Source of the DNA: the human T2T-CHM13v2.0 reference genome, Homo sapiens
Assembly (NCBI GenBank): GCA_009914755.4
Contig: CP068257.2
Span: forward strand, 18,592,001-18,656,000
Reading direction: 5' to 3'
Length of the DNA: 64,000 bases
The first letter of the stretch is position 1, and every line of letters starts with the position of its first letter. The translations under genes were made by a program, and so were the position numbers. Below are positions 18,557 through 33,983 of this stretch, in pieces. The notes beneath the pieces are model-generated. The model saw only the letters and a program-made list of their open reading frames with translations. It was not told the origin of the DNA and ran no database searches.

Positions 18557-19801
18557 TTAACCAAGATAAAAGCTTATGGCTCCAGAGTTTACAGGTTTCA
18601 TATTCACTGGCAGAAGGAGATATGAGAGAGAAAAAAGGATTCAGGAAGAAGAGGAGAAAGAAAAAAAAAATAAAGTACTCTAAAAGAAAATGAACCTATA
18701 GACTATTGTTTTCAATCTGGATGTTGCAAAATATTTGTGAGTTATAAAATTAATCCACTGGTTGATGGTCAATAACTTATTTTTTTAAAGAAACAATAAA
18801 GTAGAATTAAATAGGATGGAAAATAGAAGTATTAAAATCATCAATGTGCATCATATAGAGTAAAAACTATTGTTTTATTACACTTTTATTTATTTGTGCA
18901 GTATATGTGTACATGTGTGATTTTCTAGGATTGTGATGTAAAATATATTTCTTACTTTAAGTAGTTGTTCAAAAATGTTTGAAATGCAGTGAACATATTC
19001 TACTTCCAGGAGCTTATCATTTTGATGTATAAGCTACCCCAATATTCTCTCTACTATCTTCATTTCTTATTTTTATTTCACTTATATTAATGTTATAAGT
19101 ACTTTATACACACTAAGTCATGTAATCCTCCCAACATCCCCATGAAGGTGTTACTATTATTATCCCAATTAGTGCAGTGATATAATTGAAATACACAGAA
19201 TTTATGTAATTTGCCAAAGCTCACTCAGTTGGCAAATGGCAGGGTTAAGATTTACACTAGCACCTGGAAAACTATCGATTGAGTGGAAGCAATGAAATAC
19301 AAAACAAAATCTGTATTTTGTAAAAATATATTATAAAATGTTTCATGGGAAAAAGACAATGCTCCTGAAACTGGAACAGATACTGTCATATTAACAGTGG
19401 TGCGTTAGAATGGAAGTTACATCTTCTTGTTGCTGAGAACCTTAGGCCCATCCTGGACCAGTTCCAGGTCTTATGAGAATGTGGTACACTATGATAACTG
19501 CTTAGAAATTGCTGAGAAATCCTTGAATCTCGAAATGCCCACATAAATCTTTAAAGTGGTCATTATTTACAATAACATTAGTAACCCTTTTTCTTGAAAA
19601 CTAATAGTATAATACAATTAGTTGTTAAAATTTTTTGTTTCAAAATAGTACTTATAATATCTATCCAGAGACCAAAACAATATCTTTGGTAATTAAGAAA
19701 AGTGCAATTTATATTTTAAAATAAAATATTGAATTTAAAGTGGTTTTATCTTTATGTGATAATATTTAATTAGCTCATAAATACTTAAGATTATTTATTT
19801 A

Positions 19802-20133
<332 letters not shown>

Positions 20134-21718
20134 TGAACCAGGCTCCCAAATGAAGATGCAGAAAGCATAGCTAAGTATTATCTAATTTCATATATATATA
20201 AAGCTAAGCATTACCTAATTGTTTATATATATAAAGCTAAGTATTATCTAGAGAGAGAGATATATATATTTACAGCAATTTATAAATAATGTAGCCACTG
20301 CACATAGCTTTAGAAAAATAGAAAATAAAGATGCTCATAGTCATCCTTGTACCTGTCTGTGTAAGATACCCCCTTTATGCTAGGCATTTTATGTACTTCA
20401 TTTCAAAACAATAATGAGACCTACTAAACTGAGGGTCAGTGAGATTAACGAAATGGCCCAAGACCTTGCAGTGCATTGGCTGAAGAATAAACATGAAATT
20501 CCAAATTTGTCTGAGTCCAAAATACGTATCTTTTCAACTACAATGATCTTGCATTTTTTAATACAAGCTGGACACCTCTACAAAAAGGAGGAATGTAGAA
20601 AACATTATTTATTTTCAGAAAAAGTAAAAACAGACCTAAGTTCAGTAGAAAAACATGTTTCTATGCCTAAATTTAGCTTGTGACAGAGACTAGTCATTAA
20701 ATGAACTCATTTTCACACGGGACATCTTGGTTTATGCGTTGAGAGAGAACTAAGTTGGATGGAGTCAGCGTAGTGTAGAGTGTGTAACCGTGGTAATTGT
20801 TTCAAACTGTGGGCCTTTTTAACTTAAAATTGATTTCCTTTCTGTACTAATATGGAAAGACATGATAAAGCAACTACAAAGAATTTAGTACTAACATTTC
20901 TGAAGTCATTCACATGTCTAGGTTATCTTATTCAGATATTACAGCCAAAAGTGCTATAAAATCTTTGTGAAGAGATGAATTTTACCAAATTTCAAACAGT
21001 TTTTACTAGCTTGGACTTTTATGAGCATGGTTGAAGATGCAAACTTTGCAGAGAAGAAGTTAAAATTTTTCTCAGATGTGCATATATATTACCAAGATCA
21101 TTATATCAGAGTCAAGAGATAAATGTCCCTACATTAATAAATAGATAAATAATTTAACCGTCTAAAAGGTAGGCAGTCCCACCAAGATGTCTTCATCCCT
21201 TCTTTGCAACACTTTTATCTCTTTCACTGCGATCTTAATTTTTATTCACATTAGGTATATTACCCTTAATTCTCCTCTTTAAATGTCTTAGATGCTCTTA
21301 GCAACATCAAATTCTGATGACTCCCATCGTGCCTTCACAGTTTTAAGTATATTTTACTGCTCTGTGACTTGCAGGGCATAATTTAAAGCTAAAATGTAAC
21401 TGTTTAATCTTTCTTAGTTCAGTAAATTTATGTCTATGAGAAATGGAAGAACTGCAGGAGGGATAATGCTCCAGTGAATTAATATTTTCGAACCACCTTA
21501 CCACATTGCCACATTTTCTCAGCTGTAGGGCTCAGCCGAGCAGGAAAGGCCAAGGGAAATGTAAGGGGGCAATGGCTGTTCCAGTGATGGTGAAAACATT
21601 GGCATAGCTGTTTGTAGCAATGCTCATTGTCACTGTAATGGCATTGCAAGATCACCTCAATAATATTTAAACATAGTCATGCAAATATATTTCTAAAATT
21701 ATGATTTTGAGTTTACAT

Positions 21719-21829
21719 ACCATATTCTGAAAACCATAGTACAATTCTACATTCCTGTATTCTGAAAACCATAGTACAATTCTGCATTCCCATATTCTGA
21801 AAACCAGAGTACAATTCTACATTCCTGTC
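21719..21829. repeat. Minisatellite, about 37-bp unit x3 ('attctgaaaacca[t/g]agtacaattct[a/g]cattcc...')
   Basis: Three consecutive near-identical units are visible directly in the sequence. Confidence 0.9.
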
Positions 21830-23161
21830 CAAAATTTCAAACATAGCTCAACGACAAAGATATGTGCCAATCAGAAATCCTTCTGCCTCCACATTGGATA
21901 ATGAGTCATTTTAAAATCAATGTAAATACATCAATTCTCTGCTAGAAAATAAAGTGGGTTAGACCACACATGTGAAGATACTGAATGTAAGGCTTTAGAT
22001 AGGATACTCTGACAATATTTGTATTTACTCTTCAAGCCTATACGGGTAGTTGCATATCTTTTCACACACCACTGAAAAGCTAGATGAATTCTAATTATGT
22101 GAATTTAAACTGACTGTTGTGAATAAGATTCTGTCTTCTAGCATTAAATCTGGGGGGGGGGCGGGAAACTAGCAGGAAGCAAGTGGCTAATGGGAAAGTA
22201 ATTGACTTTCTATGGCTACACATTTCTTATTACACAAAAAATAAAAAACAAAAGGGGTATTGTTTAAGAAAAATTCAAACTGTATTTTTCTCTGCTCTCA
22301 CACCACAACAATCAACAACACACAAAAGGACTTCTGTGGCCAAATTGGTGGTGTATGGTGGGGGTTGATTTCTGCATCAGACAACAATAGGGTGTCCTCC
22401 AATTCAATTCTGACTCTATCTACATGGAGATAAGTGTCAGATTCCACAGGTGGGGAGCTCAGTTTTCAAAACTACCCTCCCTCCGGACGCTAGTCACGAA
22501 AGTAGGTCTCTGAAAATTCTGAACAAGCAGCTTCGAGTTGGGTTTTCCAGAACCAGTAATTTTCTACAGCAGCTCACAGTATTCAGGGAAAAACTAAATG
22601 TGCCAGTTTATTATAAAGGATATTACAAAGGATACAGATGAAGCAATGCCTAGGATCAGGTATGTGAGAAAGGGCACAGAGCTTCCGTGCCCTCTCTGAA
22701 CGTGTTGCCTTCTGGGAATCGCCACTTGTTCAGGTATCTGTAAACTCTCTGAATCTTGTCCTCATGGGCCTTTTATGGAAACTTCACTGGATAGGCATGA
22801 TTGACAAGTGTGTGGAAATGTGACTGGACAAAAGGAGTATAATCTTAACCCAGCAACGCTTGTCTGTTCAGATTCTTCTTGGCCTCGCATGCAGTATTCC
22901 TTTCTTCAGTGTGTGCGGCAGGACCCCCTCTGGAATGAAGGTCTTAGGACCCACAGTCAGATTAGAGTTCTGCCTTAGGCAAGTGAAAGGAAGGCAGGAC
23001 AAGGTTGAAGAGAGAGATTCTGTTTTCTGAGGCCCAAAGTCCCCCAACATTATGAAAAAGGATATGGGAGTTATGAGGCAAAAACTGGATGAAAAAATAC
23101 ATACGTAATATGACAAACACATACCAGTATATTGCAGAATGAGAGCAAGAAAAGTTGCCCT

Positions 23162-23508
<347 letters not shown>

Positions 23509-23699
23509 ATTTGCTGATTAAAATGCATACATCTGAAAAGTTATTCAGCACAGGAAAGAGAATACTTTCTCAGAAAAATGTATGCCTTTTAATTAAATAT
23601 AAGATAATAGCATGCAATACAGATATATATATATACACACATTCCAGAGGTGTCAAGAAAGTGAGAACAAAAATTCTTTAAAAAAAGAGAAATAATACA

Positions 23700-25000
23700 A
23701 TAACAGAGAAGATAGCACTACCAAACCCAGCAGGTAGGGTACATACAATCCTTTATGAGTTAGAACTTTGGATACAGGAGAAAAACATGTGGCCCTTTTT
23801 ACTGGAAATAACATTATCCATTTGACAAGGATAGATACTGAGAAGAAAGTCCGCCTTACCAAAAATTTTCGAGTTTCATGACTGTCCTCAAACAGGTTTG
23901 GGGTTAGAATTTATACCACACCTGCTTCCAGAAAAACACGCGTAAATAATTCAGTTTGAATACACCTAAGTTAGGTTGTTACTTTATTTCCCTGGGAAAA
24001 ACAAAAGTAAAACTTAAGTAAAACAAATCTCAAAAAATCTCCCTCAAAAGTGTTCCCAGATAGTGGACTCCGTAATCACGATAAGAAAGATAATAGAAAC
24101 ATTAAACAAAACCCTGAGGCAGCAAATATTAAACTTAACAGAAATAGAATGTGAAGTAAATCTGTTTCATATATTCAAAGAAAAATTGTTAACTTTAAAA
24201 AATCTCTGGGATTATTAACAAAAAAAAAAAAACTCCAGACATATAAATACTAAGCCAAATAAGACAGGTATAAATTAATTGATATGAGACACACTAAACA
24301 AATTAGACATTAATTTTTAATAAATCACTGCATAATGGTAAAATATTTGATTCAGCAAGAAGATATAGCCATCTCATGTGAAATTGCCCAGTAACATAGC
24401 TTGAAAGTAGATGGAACAAAAACTTGACAAAATTCCAAGAAGAAATGAAACAGAATTCAGAATCATATTGAGGGATTTTAGCACACACTTCCTGGAAGAT
24501 AAATCAGACAAAATAATCTGATAAATCAGAAAAAAATAGATAATTGAGGATTTGAACAACACAAGGAACTTGACCTAATTAGTAGATATGAAAAACTCAC
24601 TCAATACCTGGAGAATGCACATTGCTTTCTAGAATTCATGGTAAATTTAAAAATTGACCTTAAAATAATTAGCAAAGTAAACTTCAGTAATTAAAAAATG
24701 ATATTATATATATCTTTTACTGACCATAATGTAATTTGGAAATCAACCAAAAACATAACTAAAAGAAACAATTTAGAAAGTATAATAAGCTGCACTGAAG
24801 CCAAACACAGGTAAAAGAATCAGTCACAATAGAAATTAGAATTTATTTACATTGAATTGTTTGCCATCATAACATAGGTAAAAACTTTTGAAAATATACT
24901 TAACAGGATAATTTTATCTTTAAATGTTTATTTGAGAGGAAAGGAAATCCATGCCCAGGTTCTAACTTAGGAGTTTATAAAAGGAATAACAGAATAACGG
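23700..25000 (+). mobile_element. Ancient L1 (L1M-type) fragment covering the ORF2 endonuclease region
   Basis: Translation around 24480-24650 gives 'DFSTHFLEDKSDKII..IRKK.IIEDLNNTRNLT.LVDMKNSLNTWRMHIAF', which is similar to L1 ORF2 'DFNTPLSTLDRSTRQKINKDTQ.LN..L.Q.DLIDIYRTLHPK'. Heavily decayed, so the boundaries are uncertain. Confidence 0.5.
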
Positions 25001-25021
25001 CGGTGGATAGCTCATTTAAAA

Positions 25022-25024
<3 letters not shown>

Positions 25025-25072
<48 letters not shown>

Positions 25073-25078
25073 AATCAA
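25025..25078. repeat. (CA)n microsatellite, about 27 units
   Basis: Uninterrupted 'acacac...' run. Confidence 0.98.
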
Positions 25079-26296
25079 CAAATGTAAATTCTTGTAATTT
25101 CAAATCTAATAAAATTGATCAACTTGTGACAAAATTGATGAATAGATACAATTAGGAGTTGAAAAGAAGATAAAATTCAATATGTAGTAAAAATATTAAA
25201 ATGTGATAGAAAATTATACTCTCAAATAAGAAAATGTTCTTTTAAATTGAAATTTAACTAGAAAAAAATGTCCATGCCTAACTAAAAATAGGTAATATGA
25301 GTAGTCTCACATTATCAAATAACAAAATCAATACTTAAATAATAACCAAACAGTTATCATCATTCCCGAATCATTTTAATTTGAATTCTTTGCAACATTT
25401 GTGGAGTAAATAATTCTAGCCTTAAAACAAGATTAAACAAGAACAACAAATCTCTTCAAATTTATGAATCTTATATAAATTTGATACAAAAACTGTAGGA
25501 GAATGAGAAACTACAAATTAATGCACTCATAACTATAAATGAAATTTAACATTAATATTAAAATACTAAATCCAACAGTGGTTTAAAAATATAATCCTCC
25601 CCCAAAATTCAAAATCGAATGAACATTTGAAAATCCACCGATGTAAGTGTCTGGATTAGAAGATTAAAGAAAATCAGCATGTTTATTTCAATGGATTTAA
25701 AATAATTATTAGATTATGTTCAATACCAGTGCATGATCCAATTGAAAAGAATCTTAAATAGAATGACACAAGTAATTTCCTTAGTTTATAAAAACTTGCA
25801 ATAATAATTCCATTTAATAGTAAATTTTAAGAGCTTTTCCTTCGAAATCAAAAGCAAGTAAAATATTTTCACCATATCTCTTCAATTCAACATTCAGTGC
25901 ATAAATAAACAAATAAGCCAAAATTAAGTTGACATGATTGGAAAAAAAAGAAACAAGATAGTTAGCTTTTGCAAAGTGAGGACAAGTTTATGTACATAGA
26001 CAACCTGGGAGGATCTACAGTCAGATAATTAGAATTGTAAGGTTGCTGGCTGGATTAGTCAGGTTAGCAAGAATACAATATAGTAATTAAGAAATAAACA
26101 CAACCTCTGGTTTGATTCACGCACACATTTATTCTTGCATATACCATGTCTGATCTTGGCACAAGAAACTCTCCATAGTGTGTCCTACATGCAGTGATTC
26201 AGTGATCCAGGCTGATCCAATCTCATAATACTGCTAACTCCACACCAGGCCTCTGCATCTCTCAAGCAGGGTAGGCAATTGCCTTCGTCCCTCTGT

Positions 26297-26643
26297 GCTG
26301 CTATAACAGAATAGCACAGACTGAGTAAATTATAAAAAAGAGAAATTTATTTTCTCACAGTTCTGGAGGCTGAGAAGTTCAATATCAAGGTGCAAGCATT
26401 AGTGTCTGGTAAGGGCTTGTTCCATCGATGGCATCCTCTCACAGTGACATCCTCCCATGGCAGAAGACACAAGTGCAAAAAGGGGCAAACTCTTGCTGAA
26501 GCCTCTTTTTTATTAATCCATTCATGAGGACAGAGCACCATGACTTCATCACTTCCCAGAAGGCCCTCACCTCTTAATCTCATCACAATGGAGATTAAGT
26601 TTCAACATGAATTTTGTAGAGGATGCATTCAACCCGTAACAGC
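26297..26643 (-). mobile_element. MaLR solo LTR, MLT1-like (family name assigned from memory; its 3' end resembles THE1/MST)
   Basis: 'gctgctataacagaatagcacagactgagtaaatt...ctcacagttctggaggctgagaagttcaatatcaaggtgcaagc...tcaacatgaattttgtagaggatgcattcaacc'. This is the reverse complement of an LTR ending '...ggactaagaca'. Four further copies occur in this window. Confidence 0.6.
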
Positions 26644-29600
26644 AATTATGTTCACACATTAATATAAAAACAAAGATCTATCTTTATAAAATGTTAAACA
26701 TTTATTTTGCATTCCAAATTCCCAGATCCTAGAGTTAAAATCATTATGAAGAAGTTTTTGAGCCTCTATTATATGGCTGTAACATTTACAAACCTCCAAA
26801 TATTTCAAAGCCACTGTTTTGGTATTGATTAAATGAGAATAAAATGTGTTATGAGCTCACCTCAATTGCCCTGTCATATAGTATTTTATCCCATTTTTAT
26901 CTCTCTCTCTTCCTCATGAAGCTTTTAGAGCAATAAAACAGTATAATATATGCAGGAATATTTTTTATGTTATAAAGATATACACAGATGTAACAGAAGG
27001 ATATACAAGATACGTTCCTAAAAATTTCAGAAATACAAACATCTATGATTGAATCAATGATTCCCTGGTATTAGCAAAATTGTAATGGAGAAAAAATATA
27101 GACAATGTATAGGGTAAGATACATAATAATAAATTCTCCTGTTTTGAGAGCCCCCTCCTGCAACTAAATAGGGGTTCTAGTACCAAAGTAGCTGGCAACC
27201 CTGCCCTAAGAGGATATACAGGGAGTTGGATGTGAGTGTTTACAGTGTGCCTCTCACAGGACATTATTTTAGCTGGTGGGTGACCTAATACCTAGTTATT
27301 TGACCCATGACCAGGGGGCTTTTCACACGGGAAACTTGTTTGTACTGACAGTGCCCTTGTGGCTCTTGTCTGATCCATGCCCAGCTTATACCTACCTTAC
27401 CATCACTCTGGTTCCAGGACCTACAGATTTCCCTAATTTTTCAGATGGAAGGTATAAATTCAGTACACCACCACTATAGAAAAAAGCGCAATGACTTTTA
27501 CTTACATATCCTGAGCAGGGAGGGCACAAGGAGTCCAGAGGGTAATTCTCCATTCCCAGGTCACAGGAAGCAGGAATGGAGGGTCAGGTGGACAGAGAGA
27601 GAATATTTTGGCAGTTAGCAGTATGCATAAGGAAATAGGGTGTGGGGCACTTTAAGTTCACAAACAAGTGCCTGGAGTGTCTGTTTAAAGAAAGGGGAAC
27701 CAGTCAGCTAGGTGAGAAAAATGCTGCTAAGTTCTTATCTCTAGCCACCGGCTTGAGCCATTTGGATGTGGTATAGAACTGAAAACTATGTCAGGGATGA
27801 CTGAGCCCTGCTTCTGGCGTTAGAAAGTTAAACCTGTGCTCAAAATAGAGGCCAAGCCAACATAAAATTATAAAAATGCACCACATCCCTCACCACCACT
27901 GCAGAAAATAAAAATTCCCAGAATGGTGTAGATGGACAAATAAGCCAATATTTATTTTAAATGTTTAAGCTAAGAAAGATTTGATACACATAGGTCATTG
28001 GAGCTAATCCTTGCAGAATGTGCAGCTTTAAACAAAGATAGATAAAAATGACAGCCGATGAATTCCAGCCATAAGGCAAGAATGGAAATGAACATGGAAA
28101 TTTACGAAGGCTACATGGATCATACTGACCAGTTCAGTGTGAGTGAGAAATGAGATTCATAAGAGGAAATAGTGGGATGATAAAGAACTTGGAATGGTGG
28201 TGAGAAGACAGGCCAGGGGTGAGGTCATGGAGGTCTTTAGTTATATTCAGTAGAAAATGCGTAATCATACAAATTCTCTTCCAGCATTTTGAGGCAAAAG
28301 AAAACAGGGCAGGGGTTAGAATGTTGTCCAAGAAAAGAACAAAAGAAGAATTATTTGTGAGAGATGCAATTTGCAATTTAATTGTCCGAACTTGGTCAGG
28401 GATAATATGTGTCTGGGCAAACAGTGTCTGAGAGAATGGGAACACTATTTATCTAAATGGTGTTGTAATACCAATGAGCGGAATCGTATTGCTGATAATT
28501 TTTTATATCACACACTTTACACAAACTATGTTGAAACATTTAAAAAGAGCTTATTTTTAGTTTGAGGAGCAAGTGGACCAGCAACCTATCAACTAAACAT
28601 GTGCAACTTGAACTCAATAGAGGTCAAAGTGAGGAAGGAATGCAGATTAGTGACCAAAGTTATGGACGTGATGTCTGAAATCATGGGAGTGTCTGACCAT
28701 TCCAAGATAATATGCTGTAGAAAGTTGAAAAGTAGAGCTCCCAGTTGTATTTAGTTCCACCAAAATTAAAGGAAAATAATTATATACTTTAAATAGCATT
28801 TATTAATTACAGCTGTATGTAAGGTGCTACGAATGTATTAAAGATAGAGGGCTTAAAACAAAAGTTACTCTCATGTAACATAATCAAACAAAACGTAGAT
28901 TAGTAAAAGGAATATAATCTATTTTTTTCAGCCTTGAATTGTGTTGGGTATTTGGGATGATTTCTCATAAATCACATGCAGCTAAATAGCCTTTCAAAAC
29001 ACCTTATCTAAATTCGGTGTATAAAGAGGAAAAGGACTTGTTGAAACTGACATAGGCAATGCCAAAATATGGATTCATGTATCTGTATGAGCCATTTAAG
29101 AACTTATGCTGTTTTTTTTTAACTTCATGAAACAAGACAGGTTAAGCAGTATAATGGTAAAGGAAATGTCTTTATGATTAAGAAGTCATTAGAAACCTTG
29201 GAGGACCTAGTTGTATAGACTGTTAGAAGAGGCAGACATAACTCTCAGTGATTAATGAATTAGCCTGAGGAAGAGAAAGCCAAAAATGACATAATATTCT
29301 GAGAAATATAACCGAGGAAATACAGCCGAGAATATGATCTTCAGAGAAGTAGCAGAATCATTGGAAGATCCTTTAAGAATAAGGGCAACTAACACATCTG
29401 CAGACAAAATGAAAATAGGAAGGAAATAAATGATTTGGAGAGAATTTCATAATTGATTTAATATCCCTAAGAATGAATACGGGCATCAAGTCAAGGCCCT
29501 AATGCACGGGACACATCAAATGATGAAAATAATGAGAGAAAATATACAAACACTGATTATATGGATACAACACAGTGATTAGCAAGCAGAAACGCTGGTA

Positions 29601-31304
29601 AAATTATAACAACAGGAAATGGTGACTCCCTTTACAAATGTCCTTGAAGCAAAGATTCTCGACTTGTGTTACTTCGCTTTCAAAAGTCAAAGAATCTTTT
29701 AAAAACATGGGCTGTTTGGATATTTATTTTCTCTTACAGCTGGAATTTAATTGTTACGGTGCTAACACTACACTCTGATCCTTACATCAACTAAATGTAT
29801 ACCCAGACACACATCTACACTGCCTATGTAAAATAAAATTATAAAAATATTAATAATGTAGACAAATGTATAATTGTATGTGTATGTAACTTTGTTAGGT
29901 ATATGTTACTTTTGGAAAAAGCCAAAGTTAAGTATTAAAATACAGTGAGAGTTTAATAAACATATGGAATTTAATTTATACTCTTTAGCAATACAGCAAT
30001 AAATCTCTCCAGTCATAGTAATTCTCACTGTTTCAAGAACATAACATCTAAGTTCAGATATATGCATGTATGATCTTTAACTTATTCTATACTCAGTGTC
30101 TAGGATTCTCTAGAAATTTGACATACCTCTCTAGAATACCTGTTTTATCCTGAAAGCTGTCTGCTTCATTAAAATTTTTCAAATATATATTCATATGTAT
30201 ACTACTATAAGTATGTGTAGACACACACATATAATTATGTGTATATATGTGTTTTATGCATACATGTATGTACTTTATTCTGATAAAAACATATATCTAT
30301 CTTAAATCAACTGTAATTTTACTTAACTTTTTTAGTGGTTAAATTTTTTTTTGAATAATTTCCTGATCTTAGCTTCCTTGGGGAAGTGTATATGCCCTGA
30401 GTATGGAAGAGATTCAAAGTAAATAGTAGTTTCCATGGGAACGAATAAACTTCACATCCTGACATAATAAATTAGACCTGGTTTGAGTGTGGCAGATCAT
30501 TTTGGCTTTCTGAATTCAGCTTCTCATATGTAAAAAAAGGGTATGAACTTTTATCTTATAACCTAATGCAGCTGACCCGTGAGTAACATGGGGGTTGGGG
30601 CGCCAACTCGCATGCAGGAAAAAATCTGCATATAACTTTTGACTCCAAAGTCTTAACTACTAATAGCTCACTGTACACTGGAAGCCTTACCGATAGCATA
30701 AAAGTCAATTAACACATATGTTGTAGGTGATATGTATTATATACTATATTCTTACAATGAAGTAAGTGAGAGAAAAGAAAATGTTATTAAGAGCATTATA
30801 AGGAAGCAAAAATATTCTTACTGTTCATTAAGTGGAAACAGATCATCATAAAGGTCTTCATCTTCGTGTCTTCACCTTGAGGAGGCTGAGGACTAGGAGG
30901 AAGAAGAAAGGTTTCTCTTGCTGTCTCACAGGTGGCAGATGCTAGAAAGGCGGACAAGGTAGAAGGGTAGACGTGTATAAGTAGACTTGTGCATTTCAAA
31001 CTTGTGTTGTTCAAGGGCCAACTGTATGTAAAAAATTCTCACAGAAATGCAACATTATTAATAAAATATATTGTAATTACATCATTGCATATTGCTATGT
31101 TTATTTCTTCATAATTAGGGAGCAAGTTCTTTCTAGATCTTTCAGTATTTTTTTGCCCATGTTAATAACTGACCATATGTTAGTAAAATCAAGACATATT
31201 GATTTTTTCCAAGTCAATAACATTATAATATTAACATACCAAAACTGTAAATGATTTAGCGTTTGGATGTATACACTAATCACTCTTATATAAAGATAAA
31301 AATA

Positions 31305-31620
<316 letters not shown>

Positions 31621-31749
31621 TGTACAAAGTATTTGGTGTTAAAATATGATTAAAGCTGTCGAATATTAAAATTTGACATTTGCATGCTAGTTATTGCTAC
31701 ATATGAATGTGTGGAGATGCCAAACTTGTGATATAAAATCTATTTCAAA

Positions 31750-31818
31750 TTACGCAGAGATACATCTGAGAGATACGCAGAGATACATCTGAGAGATACG
31801 CGGAGATACATCTCCGAG
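31750..31818. repeat. Minisatellite, 23-bp unit x3 ('gagatacgcagagatacatctga')
   Basis: 'tacgcagagatacatctgagagatacgcagagatacatctgagagatacgcggagatacatctccgag'. Confidence 0.9.
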
Positions 31819-31920
31819 TTTGAAATCACCACACAGTGTTGCACAAATAGTGGAATGCTGACACCAAGTGCAGAACAAACTACCTGAGCATCACCTCTTA
31901 TCTTTAAAATGTGGAGCATA

Positions 31921-32384
<464 letters not shown>

Positions 32385-32877
32385 TTAGAAGAGGGAAAAC
32401 TGACTCAAAGCAAATTTTAATTTATTACTTTTCAAAGTTAAATATTATATGTTGCTTTTCCCAACCAAATTCTTCTTGGCCGGAATCGTACTATTTTTGT
32501 GAAAATGGAGGCATGAACATATCTAATGTTTAAGCAACGAATCTTTAATATCTTTTTTAAATAAAATTATTCCTTAAATCATATCCTAACAATGTCCATT
32601 AAAAGTAGAAAAGGATCTCTTTTTACTAAATAGTTAGATTGACCCATAAGAAGTTATTTCTGAAGGTCAGAATGGTTGAATGTCACACTTCATATAGCTC
32701 AACCTAATTAGTGTTCATTCTCTAAATTCCAATAACAAGTAAATATGTCAGATAAGTCAAAATGTGAGTTACTGTTTTAACTACGCTGCTTGCAGATAAA
32801 AAATAAAGCCATGCTTCTTGAAAATGTTTAGTCCCAAATAAAATTTTGTTATACAATAAATAGAAGCCTTACTTTAA

Positions 32878-32975
32878 CTTGGGAAGGCGGAGGTTGCCGT
32901 GAGCCAAGATGGTGCCACTGCACTCCAGCCTGGGCAACAGAGCAAGACTCCGTCTAAAAAGAAAAAAAGAAAAGA
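32878..32975 (+). mobile_element. Alu 3'-end fragment, 5'-truncated, about 95 bp
   Basis: 'ggaaggcggaggttgccgtgagccaagatggtgccactgcactccagcctgggcaacagagcaagactccgtctaaaaag'. Confidence 0.85.
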
Positions 32976-33459
32976 AGCATACTATGGATATTCTTGCATA
33001 CTTGTACTGAGGCATTTAAATAAAACTGATTGAATTTTAATTTAATTTTAAAATACACACATTTTAAGTGCAAATAATCATTTCAAGGCTTAAACTCAGG
33101 GTACTCTCGGTTCCCACCTACTCTTTCTCTAAAGGATGTTCTTAAAACATGCTAGTGTCAGAGAGAAGATAAAAGGTACCTATTTAAGGTGCCTATTTAT
33201 GGTTCTTGTGCTAGTATTCAACCAGGGGTACTTCATTCACCCTGTGTGTGTGTGTTCTCTACCTTGGATGCGATGCTCGAGGTCTCCATTCTCTGTAGTC
33301 TTTTTTCATACACCAGACACCTACTCATATATCAATTCTCTGAGGACATGTTTGAACTATCGGAGTTCTGGAGCTTCTTGACTGCTTCTGCTTCCCCAGA
33401 TTCGATGTGTTTTTCTCTGGACCGCTTGCCTAAATATTCTCATTATCGTCTTTCTTTTT

Positions 33460-33983
<524 letters not shown>

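Noticed and set aside
20414-20683. 89-aa ORF in non-repeat sequence with a few retained CpGs
   Set aside because: No recognisable domain or motif, AT-rich codon usage, no obvious splice-site or poly(A) architecture, and a length well within the random expectation for a 64-kb window. Treated as a chance ORF.
22152-22165. G10 run ('ggggggggggcggg') as a G-quadruplex or regulatory element
   Set aside because: It has only two G-tracts, so it cannot form an intramolecular G4. It is an isolated homopolymer and most likely just a slippage-prone mononucleotide tract.
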